Source of the DNA: Reclinomonas americana ATCC 50394 | Taxonomy: Eukaryota | Direction: 5' to 3' | Assembly: GCA_048213135.1 (NCBI GenBank) | Contig: PS015010.1 | Coordinates: 372,001 to 436,000, forward strand | DNA length: 64,000 nucleotides | Shown here: positions 11,306-21,139 of the stretch, one piece after another | Layout: every line of letters starts with the position of its first letter | Numbering within the stretch: the first letter of the stretch is position 1 | The notes under the pieces: generated by a model | Told to the model about the DNA's origin: nothing | The model's database searches: none | What the model saw: only the letters and a program-made list of their open reading frames with translations | Made by a program: the position numbers and the translations under genes

Positions 11306-12100
11306 TTAACCCTTCACAATCTTATTATAACTCGTCGCGATTCCTTTGATCAGCGATGAACTGAATCCCTGGTGTTCCATCTCATTCAAACCGGCAATGG
11401 TGCAGCCTTTGGGTGTGGTCACTTTGTCGATCTCCTGTTCGGGGTGGGTGCCTTTCTGCAATAATAATTCCGCGGCGCCTTTTACCGTTTGTGCGGCAAT
11501 GAGGCTGGCTGTTACAGCGTCAAAACCGATCTCGATACCGCCCTGTATATTGGCCCGTATATAACGCATGGCATAAGCGGTACCGCAGGCGCCCAGTACG
11601 GTGGCGGCGTCCATCAGTTTTTCATCGATCACGGCTACCTTACCCAGTTGTTCGAATATTTCTTTTACGCGGCTGATCTCCGCTGTACCGGCATTGGTAT
11701 AACTGAGACAGGTCATACTTTCCTGTATGGCAATAGCGGTATTGGGCATGGCCCTGAAAACAGGTAGTTTCTTTTTGATGATGTCTTCCATGTCGCGGAT
11801 GCTTATGCCGGTAACAACGGAAACGAGTGTATGCTTTGCCGTTAGTACGGACCTGAAACCATTCAGCACTTCACTTACCTGGAAGGGTTTAACCGCCAGT
11901 ATCACCAGCCCCGCGCCGGCAACGGCTTTCTTATTATCAGAACTCACGTCAACACCTTTGTCAGCAAGGCTTTTCAGCGTAGCGGTGTTCCTTTTCGTAA
12001 TGCTGATATCGCCTGCTTTGCAGAATTTACTTTTCAACAGGCCTTCGGCTATCGCGGTACCCAGGTTGCCGCCGCCGATAATGGCTATTCTCTTACTCAT
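11306..12100 (-). CDS. proC: Pyrroline-5-carboxylate reductase
   Basis: IIGGGNLG, LAVKP, RAMPNT and VTTPKGCT motifs. Confidence 0.96.
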   Translation of the reverse strand: MSKRIAIIGGGNLGTAIAEGLLKSKFCKAGDISITKRNTATLKSLADKGVDVSSDNKKAVAGAGLVILAVKPFQVSEVLNGFRSVLTAKHTLVSVVTGISIRDMEDIIKKKLPVFRAMPNTAIAIQESMTCLSYTNAGTAEISRVKEIFEQLGKVAVIDEKLMDAATVLGACGTAYAMRYIRANIQGGIEIGFDAVTASLIAAQTVKGAAELLLQKGTHPEQEIDKVTTPKGCTIAGLNEMEHQGFSSSLIKGIATSYNKIVKG

Positions 12101-13113
12101 CAGTAAAAAATATTAGGGGAAAGATAATGTCTTACATAATCGCTTACTCCGTCTTCCAGTGAATGGAAGGGTTTTGTATAGCCGGCAGATTCCAGTTTGG
12201 TCATACGGGCTTCGGTGAAGTACTGGTATTTATCGCGGATGTCTTCGGGCATATCGATGTATTCGATCCGCGGTTCCAGGTCAAGCCCGGCAAAAGTGGC
12301 GTACACCAGGTCGTTGAAGGAGCGGGCTTTGCCGGCGCCCAGGTTGTAGAGGCCGGAACTGAGCGAGGAAAGTTCGTGTGCCGCGAAGGCTTCCATCAGC
12401 CAGGTACATACATTCACCACATCTTTCACATACACAAAATCGCGGAGCTGCTCACCGTCGCTGAATCCTTCTTTATGGGAACGGAACAGTTTTACCAGCC
12501 CGTTTTGTTTGATCTGGTTGAAAGAATGAAAGATCACGCTGGCCATCCGGCCTTTATGGTATTCATTGGGACCGTATACATTGAAAAATTTAAGCCCTGC
12601 CCAGAAAGGCGGACAATGTTTGCCATCCTCAATATGCCGCAGTACCCATTTATCAAATTCATTTTTGGAAATGCCGTAAGGGTTGAGTGGTTTCAGTTGT
12701 TCGGGAAGTTCGTGGGTGTCGTCGTAACCCAGTTCACCGCTGCCGTACGTTGCGGCGGAAGAAGCGTATACCAGTGGTATTTGCTGTGCCGTGCAATAAT
12801 TCCACATGTGCTGTGAATACTCCACGTTCAGCTTCTGGTGAATGCTGTAATCAAATTCGGTGGTATCTGTACGGGCGCCGAGGTGGAATACAAAATCCAC
12901 TTTAATATCTTCCTTGCTTATCCATTCAAAAAAGCCTTCGCGCTCCACCCTGACTTTATATTTTTTCTGGAGCAGGTTCAGCTCTTTGTCTTCCCTGTCA
13001 AATTCATCTACCAGCACCAGGTTCTCATAGCCCTGCTGGTTGAGGTAACCAACAAGACAACTCCCGATAAAACCGGCAGCGCCTGTAACAATGATGGTGG
13101 CATTTTTATCCAT
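12100..13113 (-). CDS. hldD: ADP-L-glycero-D-manno-heptose 6-epimerase
   Basis: IIVTGAAGFIGS, YASSAATYG, FNVYGPNEYHKGRMASV and KYQYFTEA. Confidence 0.93.
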   Translation of the reverse strand: MDKNATIIVTGAAGFIGSCLVGYLNQQGYENLVLVDEFDREDKELNLLQKKYKVRVEREGFFEWISKEDIKVDFVFHLGARTDTTEFDYSIHQKLNVEYSQHMWNYCTAQQIPLVYASSAATYGSGELGYDDTHELPEQLKPLNPYGISKNEFDKWVLRHIEDGKHCPPFWAGLKFFNVYGPNEYHKGRMASVIFHSFNQIKQNGLVKLFRSHKEGFSDGEQLRDFVYVKDVVNVCTWLMEAFAAHELSSLSSGLYNLGAGKARSFNDLVYATFAGLDLEPRIEYIDMPEDIRDKYQYFTEARMTKLESAGYTKPFHSLEDGVSDYVRHYLSPNIFY

Positions 13114-13119
13114 AAAAAA

Positions 13120-15351
13120 TTATAAGCTGCTTAATGCGTGACCGGCTTCTTCGGAAGACAGGATATTCCCGATGGCGTTGTCATATTTAGTTTTCCATTC
13201 TGTCACATGTCCCCAGTTGTCGCCATTGATGGTGATGTCCCCGGCTGAAACGGTACCCAGTTTTTCAAACGGTATGTTCCTGTTTGTCAACACAGTCTCA
13301 ATATCTGTACCATTTGCAACCGATACCACCACGCGACCCTGTGCTTCGCCGAACCAGTAGGCGTCGTTCCTTACCGATGCGCCCTTGCTGACATCAAATC
13401 CCAGGTTCCTGTTGAAACCGCTTTCCAGCAGGGTGATGAACAGTCCGCCTTCGCTTACATCGTGTGCCGAAAGAATAAGCTGATCAGCGATCAGTTGTTC
13501 AATGCCACGGTGAAGATTGAATTCTTCATCGAGGTTGAAATAGGGTGCCGGTGAATATTCAACGCCTGCGATTTTGTGCAGGTATTCTGAAGAACTGATG
13601 CAATCGCGGCTCTGGCCCACCAGGTAGATCACGTCGCCGGATTGTTTGTAGTCCATCGTCATTTTTTTATCACTGCTTTCCAGCAGGCCTACCATACCAA
13701 TCGTTGGCGTCGGGTACACGGCACCGTCAGGTCCCTGGTTATAGAAGCTCACATTACCGCCGGTTACAGGTGTATCGAATTTACGGCAGGCATCACCCAT
13801 GCCTTTGATGGCGTGTACGAATTGGTAGTACACTTCAGGGTCATAAGGATTACCGAAATTAAGACAGTTGGTAACACCCAAAGGTTGCCCGCCGCTGCAT
13901 ACAATATTCCTTGCGGCTTCGGCTACGGCGATCATGGCACCGGTTTGCGGATCGGCGAATACATAACGGCTGTTGCAGTCGGTTGTAAGCGCCAGTGCTT
14001 TATTGGTAGGTTTGGCAATTACGATGGCCGCATCGCTTGGGGCGTTGGTGCTGGCATTGCCGGTACCCACCATGCTGTCGTACTGTGTATATATCCAGCG
14101 TTTGGAAGCGATATTGGGCAGTTGTACCAGTTGCTCCGCAATACCTCTCAGGTCATCCGGAACGGATACATCAGCAGCATTGAACGCCTTTATCTTTTTA
14201 AAATATTCAGGTTCCTGGTAAGGCCTGTCGTTTTGCGGAGCGCCGCCGCCCAGTACCAGTTCGTGTGCGGGAAGGGTGGCTTCCAGTTGGCCGTGCATAT
14301 AAAAATTAAGGATGCCGTCATCTGTCACTTCACCGATCTCGCTGCAGGGCAGGTCCCATTTTTCAAACACATCATATATGAGTTGTTCTTTTCCTTTTTC
14401 AGCCACCAGCAGCATCCTTTCCTGGCTTTCGCTCAGCAGCAGTTCCCAAGCTTTCATGTCTTTCTGCCGGGTGGGTACTTTGTCCAGTTGTATGTTCATG
14501 CCCGCGTTGCCTTTGGCACTCATTTCCGAAGTAGAGCAGATGATGCCTGCGGCGCCCATGTCCTGCATGCCTACTACGGCACCGGTCTGTATAACTTCCA
14601 GGCAGGCTTCCAGCAGTTTCTTTTCCTGGAAGGGGTCGCCTACCTGTACCGCCGGCAGGTCTTCAGCACTGTCTTCAGTGATGTCCGCCGAAGCGAAACT
14701 GGCACCACCGATACCGTCTTTACCGGTAGCACTGCCCACAAAGAAAACCGGGTTGCCCTTGCCTTCGGCCGTAGCGGAAACGGTTTCACCATTCTTCACA
14801 ATGCCCACACTCATGGCGTTCACTAACGGGTTGGTATGATAGCAGTTCTCAAAATAGATCTCGCCGCCTACGGTAGGTACACCAAAGCAGTTGCCGTAAT
14901 GCCCGATGCCGTGTACCACGCCCGCCAGCAGGTGCTGTGTTTTGGCTTCCTGCAGGTTGCCGAAACGGAGGGAGTTGAGTGAAGCGATGGGACGTGCACC
15001 CATGGTAAAAATATCGCGGTTGATGCCGCCTACACCGGTCGCCGCTCCCTGGAAGGGTTCAATGGCGGAAGGGTGGTTGTGTGATTCGATCTTGAACACC
15101 ACGCCATAACCATCGCCAATGTCCATCAGCCCTGCATTTTCCTCGCCGGCTTTCACGAGCATTTTGGCGCCTTCGCGTGGCAGTGTCTTCAGCCATTTGA
15201 TGGAATTCTTGTAACTGCAGTGTTCGCTCCACATGGCACTGAAGGAGCAGAGTTCGTTGAAATTGGGCGTGCGGCCCAGTTTCTGTTTGATCAGTTCAAA
15301 TTCTTCAGGAGTAATGCGTAATTGTTCCGCGGTGGCAACGGTGATTTCCAT
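13120..15351 (-). CDS. purL: Phosphoribosylformylglycinamidine synthase subunit PurL (small type)
   Basis: WSEHCSYK, KIESHNHPS and QDMGAAG. Start set at ATG 15351; TACCTTTG box at 15383-15390 (-). Confidence 0.97.
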   Translation of the reverse strand: MEITVATAEQLRITPEEFELIKQKLGRTPNFNELCSFSAMWSEHCSYKNSIKWLKTLPREGAKMLVKAGEENAGLMDIGDGYGVVFKIESHNHPSAIEPFQGAATGVGGINRDIFTMGARPIASLNSLRFGNLQEAKTQHLLAGVVHGIGHYGNCFGVPTVGGEIYFENCYHTNPLVNAMSVGIVKNGETVSATAEGKGNPVFFVGSATGKDGIGGASFASADITEDSAEDLPAVQVGDPFQEKKLLEACLEVIQTGAVVGMQDMGAAGIICSTSEMSAKGNAGMNIQLDKVPTRQKDMKAWELLLSESQERMLLVAEKGKEQLIYDVFEKWDLPCSEIGEVTDDGILNFYMHGQLEATLPAHELVLGGGAPQNDRPYQEPEYFKKIKAFNAADVSVPDDLRGIAEQLVQLPNIASKRWIYTQYDSMVGTGNASTNAPSDAAIVIAKPTNKALALTTDCNSRYVFADPQTGAMIAVAEAARNIVCSGGQPLGVTNCLNFGNPYDPEVYYQFVHAIKGMGDACRKFDTPVTGGNVSFYNQGPDGAVYPTPTIGMVGLLESSDKKMTMDYKQSGDVIYLVGQSRDCISSSEYLHKIAGVEYSPAPYFNLDEEFNLHRGIEQLIADQLILSAHDVSEGGLFITLLESGFNRNLGFDVSKGASVRNDAYWFGEAQGRVVVSVANGTDIETVLTNRNIPFEKLGTVSAGDITINGDNWGHVTEWKTKYDNAIGNILSSEEAGHALSSL

Positions 15352-15456
15352 AAATAATATTGAAGAGCGTGTTGAGAAAGCGCAAAGGTAACACCTGCCG
15401 CCCTTTTCCTGAAACCACAATCGTAAATATTTTAACTATCTTCCCACACGAATCAG

Positions 15457-16719
15457 ATGTTGTTGTATTACCTGCTTTTTTTAGTATATAGTATCGCCTG
15501 TTGCTGGCTCATTAACCGTTCGGGATTTGTGAAGCGGTCGGGGCTGAGCACAAGGGAGGTATCCCTGCTGTTCCTGATCAAAGTGATGGCAGGGGTAGCT
15601 ATTGGCTGGGCATCGCTGCACCTGTATGGCAACGGCAACGATTACTGGGATGTGAACCGCGAAGCATGGACGGAATACCAGTTGCTGATGCACGACCCGG
15701 GTGAATACTTTCACAACTTTTTCCGTTCGGGATATGAACAGGGGTATGGCGGACTGTTCAGTTCATTCGATTCTTTCTGGAATGATATGAAGAACAACGT
15801 AGTCATTAAGATCGTGTCGGTGTTTAACCTCTTCAGCCGGGGTAACTATTATATCAACAGCCTCTTCTTCAACAGCCTTATCTTTTTCGGGCATGTGGTC
15901 TTATACCGTTTGTTCTCGGGTTTTTATCCTGGCAGAAAATGGGTGCTGATAGCGGGTTGCTTCCTGCTGCCTTCCTTCCTGTATTTCAGTTCGGGCATAC
16001 ATAAAGACGGGATCGTTTTCATATCCCTTGCTATGATCATGTACGTGGTGGTACGTGCTGCGCAGGACAAACGCCTGGGCTGGAAACGTGTACTGGCATT
16101 GGTGCTGGCCATGATCTTCCTTTTCCTGGCCCGCAACTTCGTACTGTTCGCCCTGCTGCCGGCCCTGCTGGGCTGGTGGTTATGTTCTGTAACCCGCTGG
16201 CCGGCTGGGATAACCATGGCTGGTATATATGTACTGACAATAGTGCTCCTGTTTACCCTGCACCTGTTTGTTCCTGCGATTGATCCTGTGCAGCTGATCC
16301 TTCAAAAGCAGTCCGACTTTGCGCAGTTGCCGGTTTCATCTACCTACCTGCCCCCGGCTGCGCTGGAACCCACTTTTACCAGCTTTGCCCGTAATGCACC
16401 ACAGGCGCTGAATCATGCTTTGATTAGGCCTTATGTTACCGGTAAGCCATTATCCCTTCTTCCTTTTGCGCTGGAAATGCTGGGGTATGGGCTGCTGTTG
16501 CTGCTTTTTATTTTCTTCAGGAGGAAAGAGGTGATTACCCGGGATTATGCTTTCTTTTTATGGGGAACAGGTTGTTTTTGCCTGTTGTTGTTTCTTTTTA
16601 TGGGTTATGTGGTACCCAATACCGGGTCGATGGTGCGGTACCGGAGCCTGTACCTGCCGTTGCTGGTAACGCCGTTGCTGGCGGGGCTGGATTGGAGGAA
16701 ATTCAAAAGGGAAAAGTAA
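15457..16719 (+). CDS. Polytopic membrane protein, possibly GT-C/Wzy-like
   Basis: 420 aa, about 10 hydrophobic segments with a large loop after TM2; no firm family. Confidence 0.6.
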   Translation: MLLYYLLFLVYSIACCWLINRSGFVKRSGLSTREVSLLFLIKVMAGVAIGWASLHLYGNGNDYWDVNREAWTEYQLLMHDPGEYFHNFFRSGYEQGYGGLFSSFDSFWNDMKNNVVIKIVSVFNLFSRGNYYINSLFFNSLIFFGHVVLYRLFSGFYPGRKWVLIAGCFLLPSFLYFSSGIHKDGIVFISLAMIMYVVVRAAQDKRLGWKRVLALVLAMIFLFLARNFVLFALLPALLGWWLCSVTRWPAGITMAGIYVLTIVLLFTLHLFVPAIDPVQLILQKQSDFAQLPVSSTYLPPAALEPTFTSFARNAPQALNHALIRPYVTGKPLSLLPFALEMLGYGLLLLLFIFFRRKEVITRDYAFFLWGTGCFCLLLFLFMGYVVPNTGSMVRYRSLYLPLLVTPLLAGLDWRKFKREK

Positions 16720-16913
16720 AAATTAAAAAAATGCGGTTTCAGGCTGGTGTTTTCCCTTCGGATGAGTAAAAATTGGTTGTTTTTTATTCTTATTATGTTT
16801 TAAAATAATATAAATTATTTTTCCACAAAGCATCAAATTTTAGTTAATTGAACAGAAAAATATTGGTTTATCGTAGGATTTAATGTTCTTTTGCCGCTTC
16901 AAAACTAAAAAAC

Positions 16914-19109
16914 ATGCAATCTTTACGTTTTAAGGCACTCGACAACCTCACCAGCAACCGCCACGAGGTGAAAGTGGAGGGCTCTAACAAGATCACCGCT
17001 ATTTTTAATGAAAACGTGTTCACCCTGCAGGTAGCCCGCAAGTACCTGAGTGATGAAGCGTATAAAAGTCTGCTGGCTTCCACCCGCGGCGGCAAAAAGA
17101 TCGACCGCAACATGGGTTCGCAGATTGCCAATGGCCTCCGTGCCTGGGCGGAAAGCAAAGGTGTTACCCACTTTACGCACTGGTTCCAGCCACTAACCGG
17201 CCTGTCTGCCGAAAAGCACGACTCTTTCTTCACCCTTAAATCAGATGGTACCGCCATTGAGGAATTCGACGGCGCCGCGCTGATTCAACAGGAACCCGAT
17301 GCTTCTTCTTTCCCCAGCGGCGGCTTAAGGGCTACTTTCGAAGCCCGCGGCTATACCGCCTGGGACCCATCTTCTCCCGCTTTTATCATGGAGATCGGCG
17401 AGGGTAAGACGTTGTGCATACCCACCATCTTCGTATCCTATACCGGCGAATCGCTGGATACAAAAACCCCGCTGCTGAAAGCACTGGTAGCACTTGATAA
17501 AGCCGCTACCGATGTTTGCCAGTATTTCGATAAGAACGTAACCAAAGTAACCGCCACGCTGGGCTGGGAACAGGAATATTTCCTGGTTGACGCCGGCCTG
17601 GCCAATGCCCGCCCCGACCTGGTACTTACCGGCCGTACCGTTTTCGGTCATGCGCCTGCAAAAGGACAGCAATTAGAAGATCATTATTTCGGTGCCATAC
17701 CTGAACGTATCTATGCTTTCATGCGTGACTTCGAACAGGAGAGCTATAAACTCGGTATTCCCATCCGCACCCGTCACAATGAAGTGGCGCCCGCCCAGTT
17801 TGAGTGTGCTCCTATTTTTGAGGAAACCAACCTGGCCGTGGATCACAATACCCTGCTCATGGACATCATGGAAAGGGTGGCCAAACGTCACAGCCTGAAA
17901 GTGCTGCTGCACGAAAAACCATTCGCCGGCATCAACGGCAGTGGTAAACACAACAACTGGAGCATGGCTACCGACACCGGCGTTAACCTGCTGGCACCGG
18001 GCAAAACACCCAAGACCAACCTCATGTTCCTGGCTTTCTTCGTGAACTCCATTAAAGCGGTATTCGAATACTCCGACCTGCTGAGGGCCTCTATCGCCAC
18101 AGCCGGTAACGATCACCGCCTGGGTGCCAACGAAGCGCCGCCGGCCATCATCTCCATCTTCATCGGTAAATACCTGAGTGAAGTGCTGAACCAGGTGGAA
18201 AGCCGTGTATCAGGCAAGTTTGATGAGCAGGACGAAGCCATGCTCAAACTCGATATTCATAAAAGCATTCCCGAGCTGATGCTCGACAATACCGACAGGA
18301 ACCGTACTTCACCGTTTGCGTTCACCGGTAATAAATTTGAATTCCGTGCGGTAGGCTCTTCCGCCAACTGCGCCAATGCCATGACCGTGCTGAACAGTAT
18401 TATGGCCGAAACGCTGAAAAAGTTCAAATCCGATGTAGACGGGCTGATCGAAAAAGGGGAGAAGAAGGAAGTGGCGATCATGCAGATCATCCAGCGCTAT
18501 ATCGTGGAAAGCAAATCCATTTTGTTTGAAGGCGACGGCTACAGCGAGGAGTGGGAAAAAGAAGCGGCGAAACGCGGTCTGCCTAACGTGAAAACCACAC
18601 CCCAGGCGCTGGACGCTTATGTGACTGCCAAGGCCAAGCAACTGTTTGAGCACAACGAGATCTACAACCACGCCGAACTGGAAGCCCGCCACGAGATCAT
18701 GCTGGAAGATTATATCAAGAAAGTGCAGATTGAAGCGAGGGTGATGGGAGACCTAGCTACCACTTTTATCCTGCCTTCGGCCATCAAATACCAGAACGTG
18801 CTCATCACCAATGTAAAAGGCCTGGCCGACGCGGGACTGAAACCAGCCGCTTACGCCAACCAGAAGCAGGTGCTGGAAAAGATCAGCGAACACATCAACG
18901 TGATCAGCGATAACGTGGAACAGATGATCGAGGCCCGTAAAAAAGCCAATGAACTGACAGGCAGCCGCGAAAAGGCCATTGCCTATTGCGACGAGGTAAA
19001 AGGTAAGTACTTCGATATCATACGTTACCACGTAGATAAGCTGGAACTGCTGGTAGACGACGCTTACTGGCTGTTGCCCAAATACAGGGAAATTCTCTTT
19101 TTGCGATAG
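16914..19109 (+). CDS. glnN: Glutamine synthetase type III
   Basis: 731 aa; HWFQPLT, EPDASSFPSGG, NGSGKHNNWS and DRNRTSPFAFTGNKFEFR. Confidence 0.95.
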   Translation: MQSLRFKALDNLTSNRHEVKVEGSNKITAIFNENVFTLQVARKYLSDEAYKSLLASTRGGKKIDRNMGSQIANGLRAWAESKGVTHFTHWFQPLTGLSAEKHDSFFTLKSDGTAIEEFDGAALIQQEPDASSFPSGGLRATFEARGYTAWDPSSPAFIMEIGEGKTLCIPTIFVSYTGESLDTKTPLLKALVALDKAATDVCQYFDKNVTKVTATLGWEQEYFLVDAGLANARPDLVLTGRTVFGHAPAKGQQLEDHYFGAIPERIYAFMRDFEQESYKLGIPIRTRHNEVAPAQFECAPIFEETNLAVDHNTLLMDIMERVAKRHSLKVLLHEKPFAGINGSGKHNNWSMATDTGVNLLAPGKTPKTNLMFLAFFVNSIKAVFEYSDLLRASIATAGNDHRLGANEAPPAIISIFIGKYLSEVLNQVESRVSGKFDEQDEAMLKLDIHKSIPELMLDNTDRNRTSPFAFTGNKFEFRAVGSSANCANAMTVLNSIMAETLKKFKSDVDGLIEKGEKKEVAIMQIIQRYIVESKSILFEGDGYSEEWEKEAAKRGLPNVKTTPQALDAYVTAKAKQLFEHNEIYNHAELEARHEIMLEDYIKKVQIEARVMGDLATTFILPSAIKYQNVLITNVKGLADAGLKPAAYANQKQVLEKISEHINVISDNVEQMIEARKKANELTGSREKAIAYCDEVKGKYFDIIRYHVDKLELLVDDAYWLLPKYREILFLR

Positions 19110-19130
19110 TAAATAAGCAATGAACAAAGG

Positions 19131-19156
19131 GCCCGGCTTTTTTGCCGGGTTTTTTT
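19131..19156 (+). terminator. Intrinsic terminator after GS-III
   Basis: GCCCGGC-ttttt-tGCCGGGT followed by a T run. Confidence 0.8.
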
Positions 19157-19164
19157 ATGTGCTG

Positions 19165-19196
19165 ATTAAACCTTTGCAAAAAAAGGGTGTCCAATA
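19165..19196 (+). promoter_or_regulatory. ECF-type promoter ATTAAAC-N16-TGTCCAATA
   Basis: Same spacing and nearly the same boxes as the site upstream of lolA (37236-37267). Confidence 0.55.
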
Positions 19197-19214
19197 CCCC
19201 AATAACAGCCATTC

Positions 19215-19625
19215 ATGAAGAGATTATTGGTATTGGTTACAGGTTTACTGGTTATGACCGCCGCCTCCGCCCAGGTGCAGCGCACCCCAACCCCTTCGAA
19301 ACAAAGGGATACGGCCGCTGTTCAGCAGGGAAAGATGGCGGGTGATAAAATGTCGAAGAAAGATATTTTCCGGGAACTGGACCTTACCAAAGAACAAAGA
19401 GGCAAACTGAAAGAGATCAACCAGTCGTCGAAAGCAAAAAAAGAAGCGGTAAACAATGACGAAAAACTGGATGATACCCAAAAGAAGCAAAAGCTCCGCG
19501 AAATACAACGCGATCAGCTGATGCAGGTTCAGGCCATCCTCACCGATGACCAGAAAACAAAATGGAAAGAACTGCGCCGCCGCAACCAGGGCGATAACAA
19601 TAACAATATGGAAGCAGAGAACTAA
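19215..19625 (+). CDS. Periplasmic Spy/CpxP-like helical protein
   Basis: Signal peptide plus two LTxEQ/LTxDQ motifs (LDLTKEQ, ILTDDQ); charged helical sequence. Confidence 0.7.
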   Translation: MKRLLVLVTGLLVMTAASAQVQRTPTPSKQRDTAAVQQGKMAGDKMSKKDIFRELDLTKEQRGKLKEINQSSKAKKEAVNNDEKLDDTQKKQKLREIQRDQLMQVQAILTDDQKTKWKELRRRNQGDNNNNMEAEN

Positions 19626-19657
19626 GTTTTTTAAGCAGTAAGGTTGAGCAAAAATGA

Positions 19658-19686
19658 AAAGCCGTCCAGTCATGGACGGCTTTCTT
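19658..19686 (+). terminator. Intrinsic terminator
   Basis: AAAGCCGTCCA-gtca-TGGACGGCTTT hairpin. Confidence 0.75.
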
Positions 19687-19805
19687 GTTTATGCTGAATA
19701 GCGGTATGCGGATGAAGAGATTGCGATGCAACGATGATGCCATGAAAAACCGCTGCCGGTAACATAATTCGTAAAAACGGCAGAGAATAGGTTTATTTTT
19801 GCCGC

Positions 19806-20888
19806 ATGACCTCACACTTCACTTACGAACAACTGCTGTCCTTTTCGACAGGTATTTTTCTTGCCATAGGCTGCCCGCCCGATGACGCGGAACTGGCAGC
19901 GGAATCCTTATTATCTGCCGACCTGCGTGGTGTGGACAGTCACGGTGTGGCCCGCCTCAGTGGTTATGTACGCCTGTGGGAAGTGAACCGGGTAAAAGCC
20001 GATCCGCAGATCAACGTGGTGCATGAAACGCCTTCCACCGCGGTGGTGGATGGAGACGCTGGTCTGGGCCTGGTAGTGGCGCCCTTTGCCATGCAGATCG
20101 CCATTGAAAAAGCCAAACAGGTAGGTACCGGCTGGGTGAGTGTGAAGAACAGCAATCACTTCGGCATCGCCGGTCAGCACGCCATGATGGCGCTGGAAGA
20201 AGATATGATCGGTATTGCCATGACGAATGCGTCAGCATTGGTGGCGCCTACTTTCTCCATCGAAAAAATGCTGGGCACCAACCCCATTGCCGTAGCCATT
20301 CCCGCCGGTAAGGAGCCTGCTTTTGTAGCCGACTTTGCTACAACGACTGCTGCCAATGGCAAACTGGAAATATTACAACGCAAACAAATGGATACACCCG
20401 CCGGTTGGGTACAGACTGCAACCGGTATGCCTTCCACCAATGCCAATGAACTGAAACAGGGCGGGGCGCTGCTGCCGCTGGGAGGCGACAGGGAGCATGG
20501 CAGCCACAAAGGATACGGACTGGGTGCTGTGGTGGATATTTTTTCAGCCGTATTGAGCGGTGCTAATTACGGTCCCTGGGTGCCGCCTTTTCCCGCCTAT
20601 GTGCCCATGCCGGAGAATATGCCGGGCGAAGGTATCGGCCACTTTTTTGGTGCCATGCGTATCGATGCTTTCCGCACGGCGGAAGAATTCAAGCATCATA
20701 TGGACAACTGGATACAACGTTTTCGTTCAGCCAAAACTGTTCCCGGTGAAGAGCGGGTGATCATACCCGGCGATCCGGAAAGAGAAATGGAAGCCGAACG
20801 TATGAAGAACGGGATCCCGCTGCTGGAAGCAGTTGTGGCCGATCTGAAGGAGCTGGGTGTTAAATTTGGTGTGACCTTCCCGGGGTGA
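19806..20888 (+). CDS. Ldh_2 family (malate/L-lactate/L-sulfolactate dehydrogenase-like) oxidoreductase
   Basis: DLRGVDSHG, NSNHFG, GTNPIA and HKGYGL motifs. Confidence 0.9.
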   Translation: MTSHFTYEQLLSFSTGIFLAIGCPPDDAELAAESLLSADLRGVDSHGVARLSGYVRLWEVNRVKADPQINVVHETPSTAVVDGDAGLGLVVAPFAMQIAIEKAKQVGTGWVSVKNSNHFGIAGQHAMMALEEDMIGIAMTNASALVAPTFSIEKMLGTNPIAVAIPAGKEPAFVADFATTTAANGKLEILQRKQMDTPAGWVQTATGMPSTNANELKQGGALLPLGGDREHGSHKGYGLGAVVDIFSAVLSGANYGPWVPPFPAYVPMPENMPGEGIGHFFGAMRIDAFRTAEEFKHHMDNWIQRFRSAKTVPGEERVIIPGDPEREMEAERMKNGIPLLEAVVADLKELGVKFGVTFPG

Positions 20889-21139
20889 TTATTAATTACG
20901 AATGATGAATTACGAATTACGAATGGCTTTGCCGGTTTGATCATATCACAATAGCAGAGCTACTTTATTATGTTGGCGGGCATCTTCATTTTCAAATTGG
21001 CATATCGTCACATTATTTAATTACATTTGCCACCCTGTTTCCCCATGCCATAAGGTGATTAACGAACGATTGCCGGTAGCCGTACAGAACGTGGCAGGGC
21101 AGTGGTATGAGCAGGTAAACCAATAAAACAATACAACAG

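Noticed and set aside
21030-21139. Canonical lysine riboswitch before lysC
   Set aside because: Too short and lacks the L-box consensus; kept only as a weak novel-leader candidate.
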